Source of the DNA: Selaginella moellendorffii
Lineage: Eukaryota; Plantae; Lycopodiophyta
Reading direction: 5' to 3'
Assembly (NCBI RefSeq): GCF_000143415.4
Contig: NW_003314271.1
Location: forward strand, 1,904,806-1,968,805
Length of the DNA stretch: 64,000 nt
The notes beneath the pieces are model-generated. The model had not been told where the DNA came from and made no database searches. It saw only the letters and a list, made by a program, of their open reading frames with translations. Shown here piece by piece: positions 52,940-64,000 of this stretch (the stretch's first letter is position 1; each line of letters begins with the position of its first letter). Both the position numbers and the translations under genes were made by a program.

Positions 52940-54550
52940 TCAGAGAAGACCTCGGCGGAAGGATCTGGCGGTGGCGTTGTAAGTGCGTACCATGAGCCCG
53001 ACTCCCAGCCCGACGCCCAAGCACATCCCCAGCCCGATGCCAACTCCAACCCGGACGCCCGCGTTAAACCACGAGACGTCTCCATTCTCCTCGTAGTCGC
53101 TCTCGTACAGCTTGCGAAACTCTTCGTCGTCATCGTCGTCGCGATCCACGCCGTCGTCGCCGTCTCTGCTTTTGACGGCTGATACGGATACTTCGGCAGC
53201 CTCTGGGAAGTTCTCGCCCTGCAGCGACAAAGAAATTTATAAGATTTTAGAGAGCGAGTGCGAGAGATATTGTTAGTCAAAGCCATCAAATCAATCGTGG
53301 GATCAGCGCGGGTCCATGGGAAGAGAGAATCTCCGGGCCTAAACAAAAACACGGGAAAACGAAACTGGTGGCCAGACAGCGGCAGGCAATCATGGACAGA
53401 CTGTCGCAAGAAAACACTCGGAGAAACTGATGAATGCTGCTGGCTGGGAGATAATAACTGAGAGAGGGAGAGAAGCAGCAGCAATAGGAATAAAAGAAAA
53501 AGAGCTGGAGAAAGAGAGAGCAAAAACAATGCCTATAAAACTCTAAACAATCGCAGCCACCATCTCCACCCAGGAATCAAATCCTAGAAACCAGTGCAAA
53601 CCAACAAAACGAGAGGGGCCGGAAGGAAGGCAAGAAACCAAAAGCCTAAGAGAACCTACCAGTTGTTGCTGCTGTTGATCGGTCACGAAACACTCCCTCG
53701 GCACTCCACCACCACCACCGCCACCGCTGCCAAAGCACCTGTTCTTGGGCGTCGGGGTGGCGGCGCCACAGCACTCCTCGTCCTCCGGGATGACATCTAG
53801 CACCGTGCACCTGAGCCGGCTTCTCCTCGCATTAAGCTGGACAGTCTGGGTTAGAATCACCGGAGACCCGATATACCTCCCCACCACGCAAACTTCCATC
53901 AAAGTCGTCAAGCTCGAGCTGGAACTGGAAGAAGAAGAGGGCGATGGCGATGGCGGTGGTGGTGGCGATCGTAAGTGGTGCTGCTGGACGCGAACAAACG
54001 AGCACTTTGAGCTACCGGCCTCGCAGCTACACTCCATCCGCCACCCGAGCTTTCTAATCCCCGGCATACCTCCCTCACAGAAGCTGGAGCTATCGTGGCT
54101 GCTGATCACCGATTGCTTGAGGCAGCCCGACACCAGGAAGTCGTGGCGATGGTAGATCTCGAAAGCCAGCGATCCAGACGTCCGAAGGTTGTCCGTGCTC
54201 ACGAACGTCACCTCCTCGGACTCTAAGTCCAGGCGGTCCCGTCGGAGGGCGATGCATGCCTCCTCGGACGGCGCGACGCGGCCTCCATTCACCTCCAGCG
54301 CGATGTCGATGCCGCGCGGCGGGAACCAGATCGTGAGGAGCTCCGGCGCCTCCTCCACGGCGCAGAACGCGACGCGGGCGTAGAGCACGCGCACATCGAA
54401 CCACGAAGAGCACACCGAGAATCGCCCACCATTGCCACTGCCACTGCCGCCGCCGCCGCGGCCACCGCCGCTCCTCGATCGGCCATGCAACAATGTAGTT
54501 TGATTCCTCTGCTGCTGGGCACGATTCCGCCTCAGATCCTGCTGGCCCAT
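52940..54550 (-). CDS. At1g01500-like plant protein with a C-terminal Gly-rich TM helix (2 exons)
   Basis: WFDVRVLYARV...LEVNG...LRRDRLD..SEEVTFVSTD...MEVCVVG...VILTQTVQL and SWFNAGVRVGVGIGLGMCLGVGLGVGLMVRTY. Confidence 0.88.
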
Positions 54551-54555
54551 GGCCG

Positions 54556-54722
54556 ATCGCTCGAAATTCCGAGCAAGATTCTCGAGATTTCGAGGAAGAT
54601 CTGGCCGATGCCCCTGGCCGCCGCTCGATTTCGAGCGAGGCTCTTCCGATGCCGCTGTCGCCGCTCGAAATTTCGAGCGAGGCTCTTCCGCTGCCGCTGT
54701 CGCCGCTCGAAATTTCGAGCAA
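54556..54722. repeat. Tandem ~42-bp repeats with palindromic core GCTCGAAATTTCGAGC
   Basis: Exact cores near 54663 and 54705; variant cores near 54559, 54581 and 54623. Confidence 0.8.
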
Positions 54723-55094
54723 GATCTCCGGGACAACCGACCTGGCGGTAGATGAAAATCCTTCCCCCTCTCCTTCCTGGATCAGCTCAGCTGAGGATAC
54801 TCCTCCAAATCCCAGCGCTCATGACCGATGAATCGCACCGCCTCGATGAGCAGCGGCAGCGGCCTTGGGGCGCGTTTGGGGGCTTTCGCTCCCCGAAGCA
54901 TCCGCTCGCGATGACACATGAAAGAAACGAAAGATCTCTCCACCAGAAATCCAAGCAAAGATCATGCGCTCGCTGCCCCAAGCTAGCTCCCTAGAACGAT
55001 CATCTCGCCAGAAATGCGCGAATCGAAGAACCCTAAAAACTGGCATGGGGTTTAGCTAAAGACAAAGGTTTATTAACGGGGTTTAACGATGCCG

Positions 55095-55265
55095 CCAAAC
55101 GCGTGGCAGCATGCACAGGTATGCCGCCAAATCTAGCGGAGCGCTCACGCGCTGAATCTGGCGGTAGCCCTAGTCCCGACTCCACGTGCTCACTGACGGC
55201 GGCGTACACCGTTCGCTCACGGCTGTCGACGCGGCGGAATATTCCGCCCCCGCTATTTTAAAGAG
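55095..55265 (+). promoter_or_regulatory. Putative ABA-responsive promoter of the LEA gene (G-box/ABRE, CE3-like element, TATA-like)
   Basis: ACGCGTGGC at about 55100, CCACGTG at about 55182 and TATTTTAAA at about 55254, all upstream of the LEA ATG. Confidence 0.55.
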
Positions 55266-55340
55266 CCTAAAGAGGCTGCCTTGTCTCACAGTTTTCGGTA
55301 GCTCGAGAGATCTTTTTTCTTCCCCAATCTCCAGCTAGCC

Positions 55341-55703
55341 ATGGCGGCGGCAATCGTAGCTAAGAGATCGATCACCTCATCATCGCAAGGAAGATCGATG
55401 TAAGTTTTGGCTTTTTCTTCGATGTTTTTGCCTCATTTCTTTCGATTTTTTAGAATGTTCTTGACGAGATCAATCGGGACGGCGGCGGCGGAGACGAGCA
55501 AGGAGCCCTCGATCAAATCGTGGTGGGTTCCCGATCCAGCGACCGGATTCTACGCCCCCAGTGGGAAATCGAGCGCCCAACAGGCCGATCACGCCAAGCT
55601 CCGCGAGGAGCGATGCGAGCACTCGCAAATGCCGGCGGTCTCTTCCGGATGCTGGTGGCACTCTCTGGAAGAAATCCCCGATCGATCTTCCACTCCCGCA
55701 TAG
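55341..55703 (+). CDS. LEA_3 family protein (LEA5/SAG21/Di21-like), one intron
   Basis: MAAAIVAKRS...|...SWWVPDPATGFYAP...DHAKLRE, matching the LEA_3 W-motif and DAELR-like motif. Confidence 0.85.
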
Positions 55704-55972
55704 TAAAAATAGAGTCACTATTAAGTGATTGTAACGGAGTTCCAAAACAATTTTTGTCTGTAACTTTTTTCTCTTAAAAAAAAAAAATCCCACACTTGAA
55801 TCTTATAAGATTCCCATAGATGCGATGATAGTCTTCTTTTGTGCTTGGAACATTTGCCTCTAAAGGGCACTGCTGATTTGAAAATAATTGAGCCAAGGTA
55901 CCAGATTCCATGGTTGGAAAGTCGCAAAAAATCAAAGACAGATGTCATCGCAAAAATTCAAAGACAATCTCA

Positions 55973-57355
55973 TCACAATTCCACACTTCCCTCCAATTTG
56001 GAGAGAATTTGCAACCCCATGATCTGTCCCTCCACAGGAATTTCAATGTCCCTAAACTCCACCGGACTCTTCCCAATGTCTACAACCCTGATCAATCCCC
56101 CTACCGATCCACAGATCTTCCCATGCGCCGCCACCACATTCCTCAAGTTCTTGAGCCTCTTGTCCTCGAGCACGCAAACCCAGCTCTCCGTACCGCCGTC
56201 GTACGCCTTGATCCGCCCGGCGGTATCATCCATGACGAACAGCTTACCGCCGGAGGTGACGCCGGGCCCGTTCCATCCGCGCGTCAGTCCGCTCGGCATG
56301 GGCTCCCACGTCTCGCTCCCCGGATTAAGCACCAGCCCGCTGCGCGCGCTGACCATATAGAGCTTACCGTCAAACTCCACCGCCGGCGTCGCCTCGCGGC
56401 TGAGCTTGGAAGACTCGAGCGGCTGTACCGCGCGCCACCCCGCGACGGCGCCGCCGTTGGTGTCCCACATCTCCGCCTGCCGCGCGGTACGCAGGTCCCA
56501 CTCGTTGCCGCAGCCGCTGGCGACGAGCAGCTGGCCGCCGGCGGTTGTGCCGCAGCTGCACCAGCGGCGCGGGACGGTGTACCGTGGGCCCCGGCTCCAG
56601 CTGGCGGTGCGCACGTGGAAGACGAGCGGGCTGTCCAGCGCAGGCTCCACCGGCGGCATACCGCCAGGTGGTGCCCGCGGTACACTGGCGGTGGCGGCGC
56701 TTGATGATGGTGCTGCCTGGGTGTCGGCGCCGGCGGTACGTGTCCCAGCGACAACGATGAGTTTGTCGCTAGTGCTCGCGCATTGGATGGAGGAGAGCGA
56801 ATAAGGGCCCGGCAAGAATCCACGGCGCGAGAGCTCAAATCTCACGTCGTGTGGCATGGGAGGGAGGCGATGCCATTTGGCCGCCAAAGGATCGAAAGCG
56901 TACCACTGGAAGGCGGCGGCGCCTCCGGTGCTGTTCTTGGTGTTCTTGGACGCGATGAGAACGTAGAGCCAGTTAAATCCGCCCGGCAGCCCCAGCTTCG
57001 CGCGAGCGGGGAAGAAGAAAGGGCAATCGTACAGGAGGCGCTGCCAGGACCTTGCCACTCCCCACAGCCCGGAGATTCGATCGACCCGAGCCAGGCACAG
57101 CAGCGCTAGATCATCCGGGAGGCCTGGAAGCAGGGGATCCAGAATTGATGACGATCCTTGACGATCTGGCCGAGGGCGCTTGCTTGGCGGACACTCCTTG
57201 CCGTCCTCTACCGGGATCATGATCCAACTTGATACTCCACTGATAGGAAGGATCCTTCCCTCCAAACTCCACCACGCTAGAAGGAGAAATCTAAACACTC
57301 CATCGCGGCCATGAGCCAGGAATTTTAGGATCACAGCCAAGACATGATGCACCAA
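55973..57355 (-). CDS. F-box/kelch-repeat protein (start codon uncertain)
   Basis: LLPGLPDDLALLCLARV (F-box); kelch repeats AFDPLAAKWHRLPPMP and PRRWCSCG...VASG. Confidence 0.93.
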   Translation of the reverse strand: MVHHVLAVILKFLAHGRDGVFRFLLLAWWSLEGRILPISGVSSWIMIPVEDGKECPPSKRPRPDRQGSSSILDPLLPGLPDDLALLCLARVDRISGLWGVARSWQRLLYDCPFFFPARAKLGLPGGFNWLYVLIASKNTKNSTGGAAAFQWYAFDPLAAKWHRLPPMPHDVRFELSRRGFLPGPYSLSSIQCASTSDKLIVVAGTRTAGADTQAAPSSSAATASVPRAPPGGMPPVEPALDSPLVFHVRTASWSRGPRYTVPRRWCSCGTTAGGQLLVASGCGNEWDLRTARQAEMWDTNGGAVAGWRAVQPLESSKLSREATPAVEFDGKLYMVSARSGLVLNPGSETWEPMPSGLTRGWNGPGVTSGGKLFVMDDTAGRIKAYDGGTESWVCVLEDKRLKNLRNVVAAHGKICGSVGGLIRVVDIGKSPVEFRDIEIPVEGQIMGLQILSKLEGSVEL

Positions 57356-57883
57356 ACTCGCTCGCTCGCGCGATTTCTAGCGCTCTCCAGGCATGGGCCG
57401 TGATTGATAGCTGCCTCTTTCCTCCTTTTCGAGAATTAACACACCAGAGGCCCCAGTGGCCAGCATTTAAACGAAAAAGCTGCAAAGCTACTGGAGAGCG
57501 AGCTTCCACCCTCAAAAGAGCGTCTTTGTCCTCACCCGCGACACTATACACGCTAACGCACAGACCTTGTTTAATCGCAAGATGTGCTGGGTTTGCTGGG
57601 AAAAAGTAGAGCATTTGTCGTCGTGTATATGCTAGAGATCCCTTCATGCAGGGCGATGAATTTGGTTGGAGTGGTCCTCACTCTCTTCATCCAAAAGCCA
57701 TGAGAGCTACGTGGGCGAGATTTGATCCTGTGCATACTTTTCTTTTTGGCAATGTCCATCCAATTCAATGCCCCAAAAAGTTGAACCCTAATTTTCTTAA
57801 AGAAGTTGGTCTTTAAATGTGGAAAGCTATATATACGTATGAAAGACTTATTTTTGATATTATATTTCTATTTTTCACTGGTA

Positions 57884-58863
57884 ATGGACTCGCTAAAGTT
57901 GTTGTCCTCCCCGAAAATCTTTTGGCACAAGAGCGTGGTGAAGAAACAAGATCGGGAAATAGCACTAGGGCAAAAGGGATGTGTAATTTGGCTCACAGGT
58001 CTCAGTGGCTCAGGTAAAATCAAAGTTCTATTGGTTTTTCTGTTTTTTCTTTTTTATGATTGCTTGAAATCTTTTTCTCAGGAAAGAGTACTTTGGCTTG
58101 CAAGCTTGATCAGGCACTGTTGAGCCGGAACAAGCTCAGCTATGTCCTCGATGGTGATAATCTTCGCCATGGGCTCAACAAAAACTTGGATTTTAGCGTT
58201 AAAGATCGTGCTGAAAACATTAGACGTGTTGGTGAGACTTATAATTCTCTGATCTTGATCTTGTTCCTCTTAGTTTTTAAGTTCTTTAGTTCTAAATTGT
58301 GTTTTTATCTTATGTGGATAATAATCCCTTTAATTTAAATTTTTTTCTAGGTGAAGTGGCCAAGCTATTTGCGGATGCGGGGCTAATATGCATTACGAGC
58401 TTCATTTCACCGTATAGAAACGACAGAAATTTGTGTCGCAAACTACTTCCTCCTGGAGATTTCATTGAGGTATACAGTTTTGTTCTACAAACTATTTCCT
58501 AAAGTAGGTTCTTCATTCGAGGAGGTTTACCTCAAAGTTCCATTGAGCATTTGCGAAAAAAGAGATCCCAAGGGACTTTACAAGCTTGCTCGTGCCGGGA
58601 AAATCAAAGGTTAGTTTTCTTTTACTTTAAGATTGCTGGCATCACAGTTGGATTCATAGGTTTTACCGGTATAGATGATCCATATGAGGAGCCTTATGAC
58701 TGCGAGGTAGATTAACTCTCGAGGTTTTTACCAGCGTTTTTAATGTTATATCTTTGCCTAGATTACAATGGGAGTAGAGAATGGCACTCCAGAGGAAATG
58801 GCCACCACAGTGATTACGTTCCTTGACGGAAGAGGTTATTTGGCACCTCCAATTACAATGTAA
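57884..58863 (+). CDS. APK: Adenylyl-sulfate (APS) kinase, no transit peptide evident
   Basis: [13 protein letters not shown]-loop, [41 protein letters not shown]|[10 protein letters not shown]. Confidence 0.95.
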
Positions 58864-59200
58864 ATAAACTTGGAGTTCCAGTTCCCTCATTTTAGGGTTT
58901 TAGCAGTTACAAGGGAATTGCTTGCCTGGATTTGGACTTGGTGGTCACACTAGGAACATCAATTCATTCAGCATCATAAGTAAATGGAGCCATCACCCAT
59001 TAGGGACAACACAAGAGGAGAAACCTTTACCATGCTATGGAGTGACTGGTCCTTTTGCCAGGTAGAAATACATCCCTTGCCCAAGATTCCAAAAGGTCAC
59101 TAAATAACATAAAGCATGTGACTCATCATATGCATTTTTAACAAAAGGTAAAACATCATTTCCCCAGTTGTGAAGCATTAGTTCAGCCCTCATGTAGCTG

Positions 59201-59758
59201 AGTTCACCCATGTTCAAACATGAGAGAATTTTGCCCACCTAGATCTGAACTCAACAATTACAGCACAACAAAGGATGTGTGCTTGGGAGGGGGTGTGAAC
59301 ACCCCTACTGCCCCAAAACACACACAAAAGTGAGAGGTTAGCTCAAGCTATAGCATACCACACATGTTGGTCATCTAAGTCTCTTGGTTCTACTAAAGCA
59401 TTGGTCAAGACTTAGCACAAGCATATTTGTTGCACCACAACAATGAGTGTGCAATCCTCTACCAAAGGTACACACCACCACATCAAGAGGATTAATTGCC
59501 AGCCAACCCACCACAACTATATGCAAAGATCTCAAACTCAGGTTTGACCAAGTCTCTTGGCTTTCACCAGAATCCATCCTAATCTGCATTGTGGTGGCGA
59601 GCAGGATCTATCCCAATATGCATTGTGGTGGTGAGCAAGGAGTATGATTTTGTGGGTAGCAGAGCACCCCCTCCTAAGCACACACCCTTTATTGTGTTGT
59701 AATTGTTGAGTCTAGATCCAAATGGGCAATTCCCTCATGCTTGAATGTGGGTGAGCTT
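59201..59758. repeat. Foldback structure: ~95-bp imperfect inverted repeats flanking ~365 bp
   Basis: 59201-59296 (AGTTCACCCATGTTCAAACATGAG...GGGGGTG) pairs with 59664-59758 (CACCCCCTCC...ATGCTTGAATGTGGGTGAGCT). There is also a 34-bp tandem duplication at about 59586-59640. Confidence 0.8.
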
Positions 59759-59859
59759 TGAAACAAACAAAAGAGTGAACCTTAAGCCAACCTCCCAACC
59801 CTTAAAACATTATAGCATTAAATCCCACATGCCATAGAATATTTTTGTGGTTTATGTCA

Positions 59860-62800
59860 TTCTTCCCTCCCTCATGACCCAGCCATGGACGGCAGCCTCA
59901 AGAAACTAATTGAGCCTCATATGAAGGGAGTTCAAGGCAATACTGCCATGGAGAAAAGATGTGCAAACGACAATACTAACGTTGCGACAAACGGCCATAA
60001 AAGAAAGAAAGCAATATGGCTTTCTTGCATGACAATATGGTCATGGAAACAAGAGAATGAGAATAGAATAAACAACTCAAATTATATAGCAATACAGTTA
60101 TAAAACTTAATTCTTTCCTTCTCAAAAATGTCATCTAAGTCATAACCAAAAGTCAAAAACACTCTCTTCATGTCATCCTCAATTTCCTATGTAACTTTGT
60201 CCATGGAATAACCATTCGACTAAATTAAGAACTCTTTAGTTGGCTTCCGGCATGTTTTCACCAATCTTTAAGCAAGAATATTGGCTGGACCAACCTTCTT
60301 AGCATCAATCTCTGGGACATGGATAATGGACTGATTCACAACATTGCCAAAGTGCAAACACACTTTAAATTTGCTCACATAGAACATTGGATGAATTTTC
60401 AAACTAGCTAGCAATTCCAAAGTGTATGCAAGATCCCCCATGCACTATAAAATTATCCAAGGTCCATAATACTATAGAAACAACTTAGCACTACCATCTC
60501 CTTTCAAAGACTATTGTGCATTTGACAACTTAAGAAAAACCTTGTCACCAACTTTGTACTTTTGATGACAACGATGGTTATCAACAAATCTTTTGTCTTG
60601 ATCTTGATCTTGCCTCATGTTCAACTTTGCCAACTCAAGTTTGTTTTATATATCCTCTAGGAAATCATAACCATGAGGTACCGGCCAAAGCCAAACTCAA
60701 ACTCACAGAAGACCTAGACTTATAGCCATATATTGCCATAAATGAAGACATGTTAATACCCAATTGATGAGTGTTATTGTCAGCAAACTAAAGCAAAAGT
60801 AAGTATTTCTCCCATACTCCCTGTTTAGTCAAGTTTCCCATAAAAGACCTCAATATATCTTCCAACAGCTAATTCATACGCTCTGATTGCCCATCTGATT
60901 GTGGATGCTCACCACTACTCATGCTCAGCTTAGTCTTTAGCTTCTCAAATACCATTTGCAAAAACTTGGATATGAACTTGGGATCTCTATCACTCACAAT
61001 ATCACCTAGAAAACCATAGAAACTGAATAACTAGTTTACAAACAATTGAGCAATTTCAAAAGCTTTAATAGTCATCTTCATTGGGAAGAAGTGAGCCATC
61101 TTCATTAAACGATCCATAATAAACATCATTTTGTCAAAAAGTCTTGGGCAAACCAATGATAAAGTCTATCAAAATGTTATCCCACTTATTCTCAGGTACA
61201 CATAAAGGATGATAGAGGTTAATGAGCTTCTGATGATCAACTTTGACTACTTGGTAAATTAAACAACCATGTATGTACTTCTCAATATTTGATTTAATCC
61301 CAGGCCAAAAAAAATGCCTCTTCATCAACATATACATTCTCAATACCCCTAGATGCCTAAGACTTGGCACATCATAATACTCAACCAAAATTTATTTGAT
61401 GAGTTTGTTAGTATGAGGAGCCACCACATATCCCTTCTTCACTAGGATTCCATCTCATATCTCGAATAACACAAACTTGTCACCCTTCAAATCTGTAGAG
61501 GCGCCGCTCAATAAAACCTTTGTATGAATATCAGTGATAAAGGAGTCGGCAAACTTCTTAAGTTCATCCAAGAAATTGCTGAATAGCTTCATGAATGAGA
61601 TAAGATTTACCATCCTAGATAATGCATCTACCACTTTATTGTCACCTCCGTGCTTGTACTGGATCTTAATAGACATTTCCTACAGAAACTCTTACCAATG
61701 AATAAGGTGGCCTTGAAAATCTTTTTGTTAACTGAATACTAGAGAGACTAATGATCTAAATCCACATGGAAGTCCGATCCATATAAATAATATTGCCATT
61801 CCTTCATAGCAGTGATCACAACATACAACTCCTTATCTTGAGTAGGCCAATTCCATTGTGTAGCATTAAATTTATGGCTCATGTATGCAAGAGGATGCCT
61901 AACTTGAAGTAATATGGCTCCAATAGCAACATCACTCGCATCTGTTTTGACCACAAAAGGCTTCTTAGGATAAAAAATCTTTAATACAACATTGTTTCAA
62001 ACATTAAAATGCCACTTCACACTTCTCATTCTAACCATGAATAATAGTATGTTTCGATATGTTGTAGAGAAGATTGGTCAAGGGGGCTATTATCTTTAAA
62101 AAGTCCTTCATAAATCATCGAAAAACTCCAGCCATACCAAAGAAACTACATAGATTATGCACTATTGAAAGTATAAGCCAATCAATTACGACCTGAATCT
62201 TTGCGGGATTAACTCTCACTCCATGTACTAAAATCAAATGCTTAAAATATCCAATCTCCTCCAAGAAAAACTCGCACTTTAATAATTTTGAGTAAAGCTT
62301 GTTTTCCCTTAAAAGTTGCAAAACACTTCACACATGCATCTTATATTCCTCCACTAAAAAGTTGAATACTAGGATATCATCAAAATAATTAGTTGCACAC
62401 TTTCCCAAATAAGGTTGTAGAACTTAATTCATCAATCTCTGAAAAGTTGCAAGAGCATTTGTCAAACCAAACAGCATCACCCAAAACTTGTAGTAATCCG
62501 TCCTTGTCCGAAATGTAGTTTTCGGAACATCCTTTAGCTTGACACAAATTTAATGATACTCTTGCCTCAAATCAATCTTCAAAAAATATTGAGCATCACA
62601 AAGACTATCAAGCAAATCATTGATATAAGGGATTGGGAATATATTCTTCACCATTCTATTATTCAATCCCTTGTAGTTCACGCAGAGATGCCATATACCA
62701 TCTTTTTTCTTGACCATCACCACTAGAGCAGCCTAAAGAGACTTGTTAATCTGTAGCCACCTTTTCCAAAAGTATTTAGCAAGCTGCCTATTAATCTCCT

Positions 62801-64000
62801 CATCTTCAGCAGGATTAGTATGAGTTGGTTGTTGCTGATAAGAAGTAGCTCCAGAACCTCATGTTGAATTCCATATTCTGGAGGCAAACCATTAGGCAAC
62901 TTATCCGGAAATATATTATAGAATTCCTCTTGAATGAAATTCACCTGAGCCCCAAACCCACGAATGTACTCCAAACCAGATATGATCATATTAGAAAGAA
63001 ACGGGTACACTATAAAAGAACTAGCTATCTCATGTATATAAATCAAGTATTAACGAATGGAGTATCACTATTGTCTATTTTAACAAAAAATTTTTTATAG
63101 TGCCACCAACTTCAATATGTAGAATATTACGCTCCTAATTAATCCCTAGCTTCTTATCATAAAACCATTCCTTGCCAAGAATAACATTTATGCAACTAAG
63201 ATCCATAACTTAGAACAAAGGATGGTTAAGAATCCTCTAAACCATCAAAGGAACGCTTGGAGCCCATTCATTGTAAACACAAGTGTTATAACCATTTGCC
63301 ATAACCACCTTGTAAATTACTGAATTCTTTTTCACATGTAAACCAAATTTCTTCACCACCTTAGAACTCAAAAAGTTGTGAGTATCACCTGAATTGAAAA
63401 GAATATTAACATCATAACCCTGAATGTCCCTCTTGGCCTTTACAAGTTGATTTCACATAGAACCATTAATCTCTACAGCATTGATATGAACTCGAAACTT
63501 AGATTTTGGAACTTTTGCCATAAGGTGTGGAAAAACCACTATAGTAAATGCTTGATTTGTATCCACGATAAATTCCATCACATTCACCTTAACATTCTTT
63601 AATCCTTTCACAATAAAACAATCCTTGCTATGATATCTAGCTTTGTGACAATGAAAACAATTGCCTTCCATCTTGTCTTTCTCACTTTTGGCTTTATTAT
63701 TATCTCCATTCTTTGAGTCATGACAGAACAATGGCTATTTCTTCCCCAAAAATGAAGTTTTGGCAGGTTTGACTACCCCTTAAACCATCTTGTTGACTAA
63801 AGTGATTGGGTGAAAAGATCTGAACTTTGGGGATAGCATTAGTCAATATGGCTGGAAAATCCTTTTTGACCTTTTGTTGTATATCCACAAATCTCAAACT
63901 TTTGATGAAACATTACACCTTTAACAACTCATTATAAGTGCCTATGAGATTAAGGCAAAGATCACGGAACTTGTAGGCATATGCATCCAAAAACAAAGTC
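59860..64000 (-). mobile_element. Degenerate Ty3/gypsy (chromovirus-like) retrotransposon; 3' LTR starts at 59859 and extends left
   Basis: On the minus strand: gag knuckle CFHCHKARYHSKDC, protease LFNSGDTHNF, RT (KLLKCEF), RNase H (TDASDVAIGAIL), integrase (HLG...FFWPG; IDFIIGLP), chromodomain-like LVEW at about 60220, then PPT GAGGGAGGGAAGAA followed by TGACA. Many stops. Confidence 0.9.

Noticed and set aside
54556-54722. CRISPR-like palindromic repeat array
   Set aside because: Eukaryotic context, the spacers are near-identical rather than unique, and there are no cas genes.

Overview
Gene-dense land-plant nuclear DNA with very short introns (about 50-60 nt), intronless PLS-class PPR genes and several N gaps. 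The style most resembles the lycophyte Selaginella (inference, no search run). Both ends carry decayed Ty3/gypsy remnants. The left one contains a three-level nest: gypsy > 104-bp-LTR TRIM > 5S-rRNA-bearing Cassandra TRIM. About 23 host genes are recognisable: three PPRs, NADP-MDH, a double-Tudor protein, NAGS, a subtilase, TMEM147, SERINC, HSP70, CNX7, GCR1, NADP-GDH, a B3 protein, a PhoD phosphatase, an ATX1-like chaperone, INTS1-like, SOSEKI, PCC13-62-like, PheRS-alpha, At1g01500-like, LEA_3, F-box/kelch and APS kinase. Most notable: (1) an Integrator subunit 1 homologue with two N-terminal EAR-like motifs; (2) the nested Cassandra/TRIM; (3) two complete PPR genes joined by a TAATG stop/start overlap; (4) a very AT-rich intronless gene for a secreted unknown-domain + B-lectin protein, broken by one in-frame stop; (5) a (TTTAGG)n tract beside a perfect hairpin whose loop is a telomere repeat. 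Exon boundaries and family calls were made by eye and from memory of family motifs.
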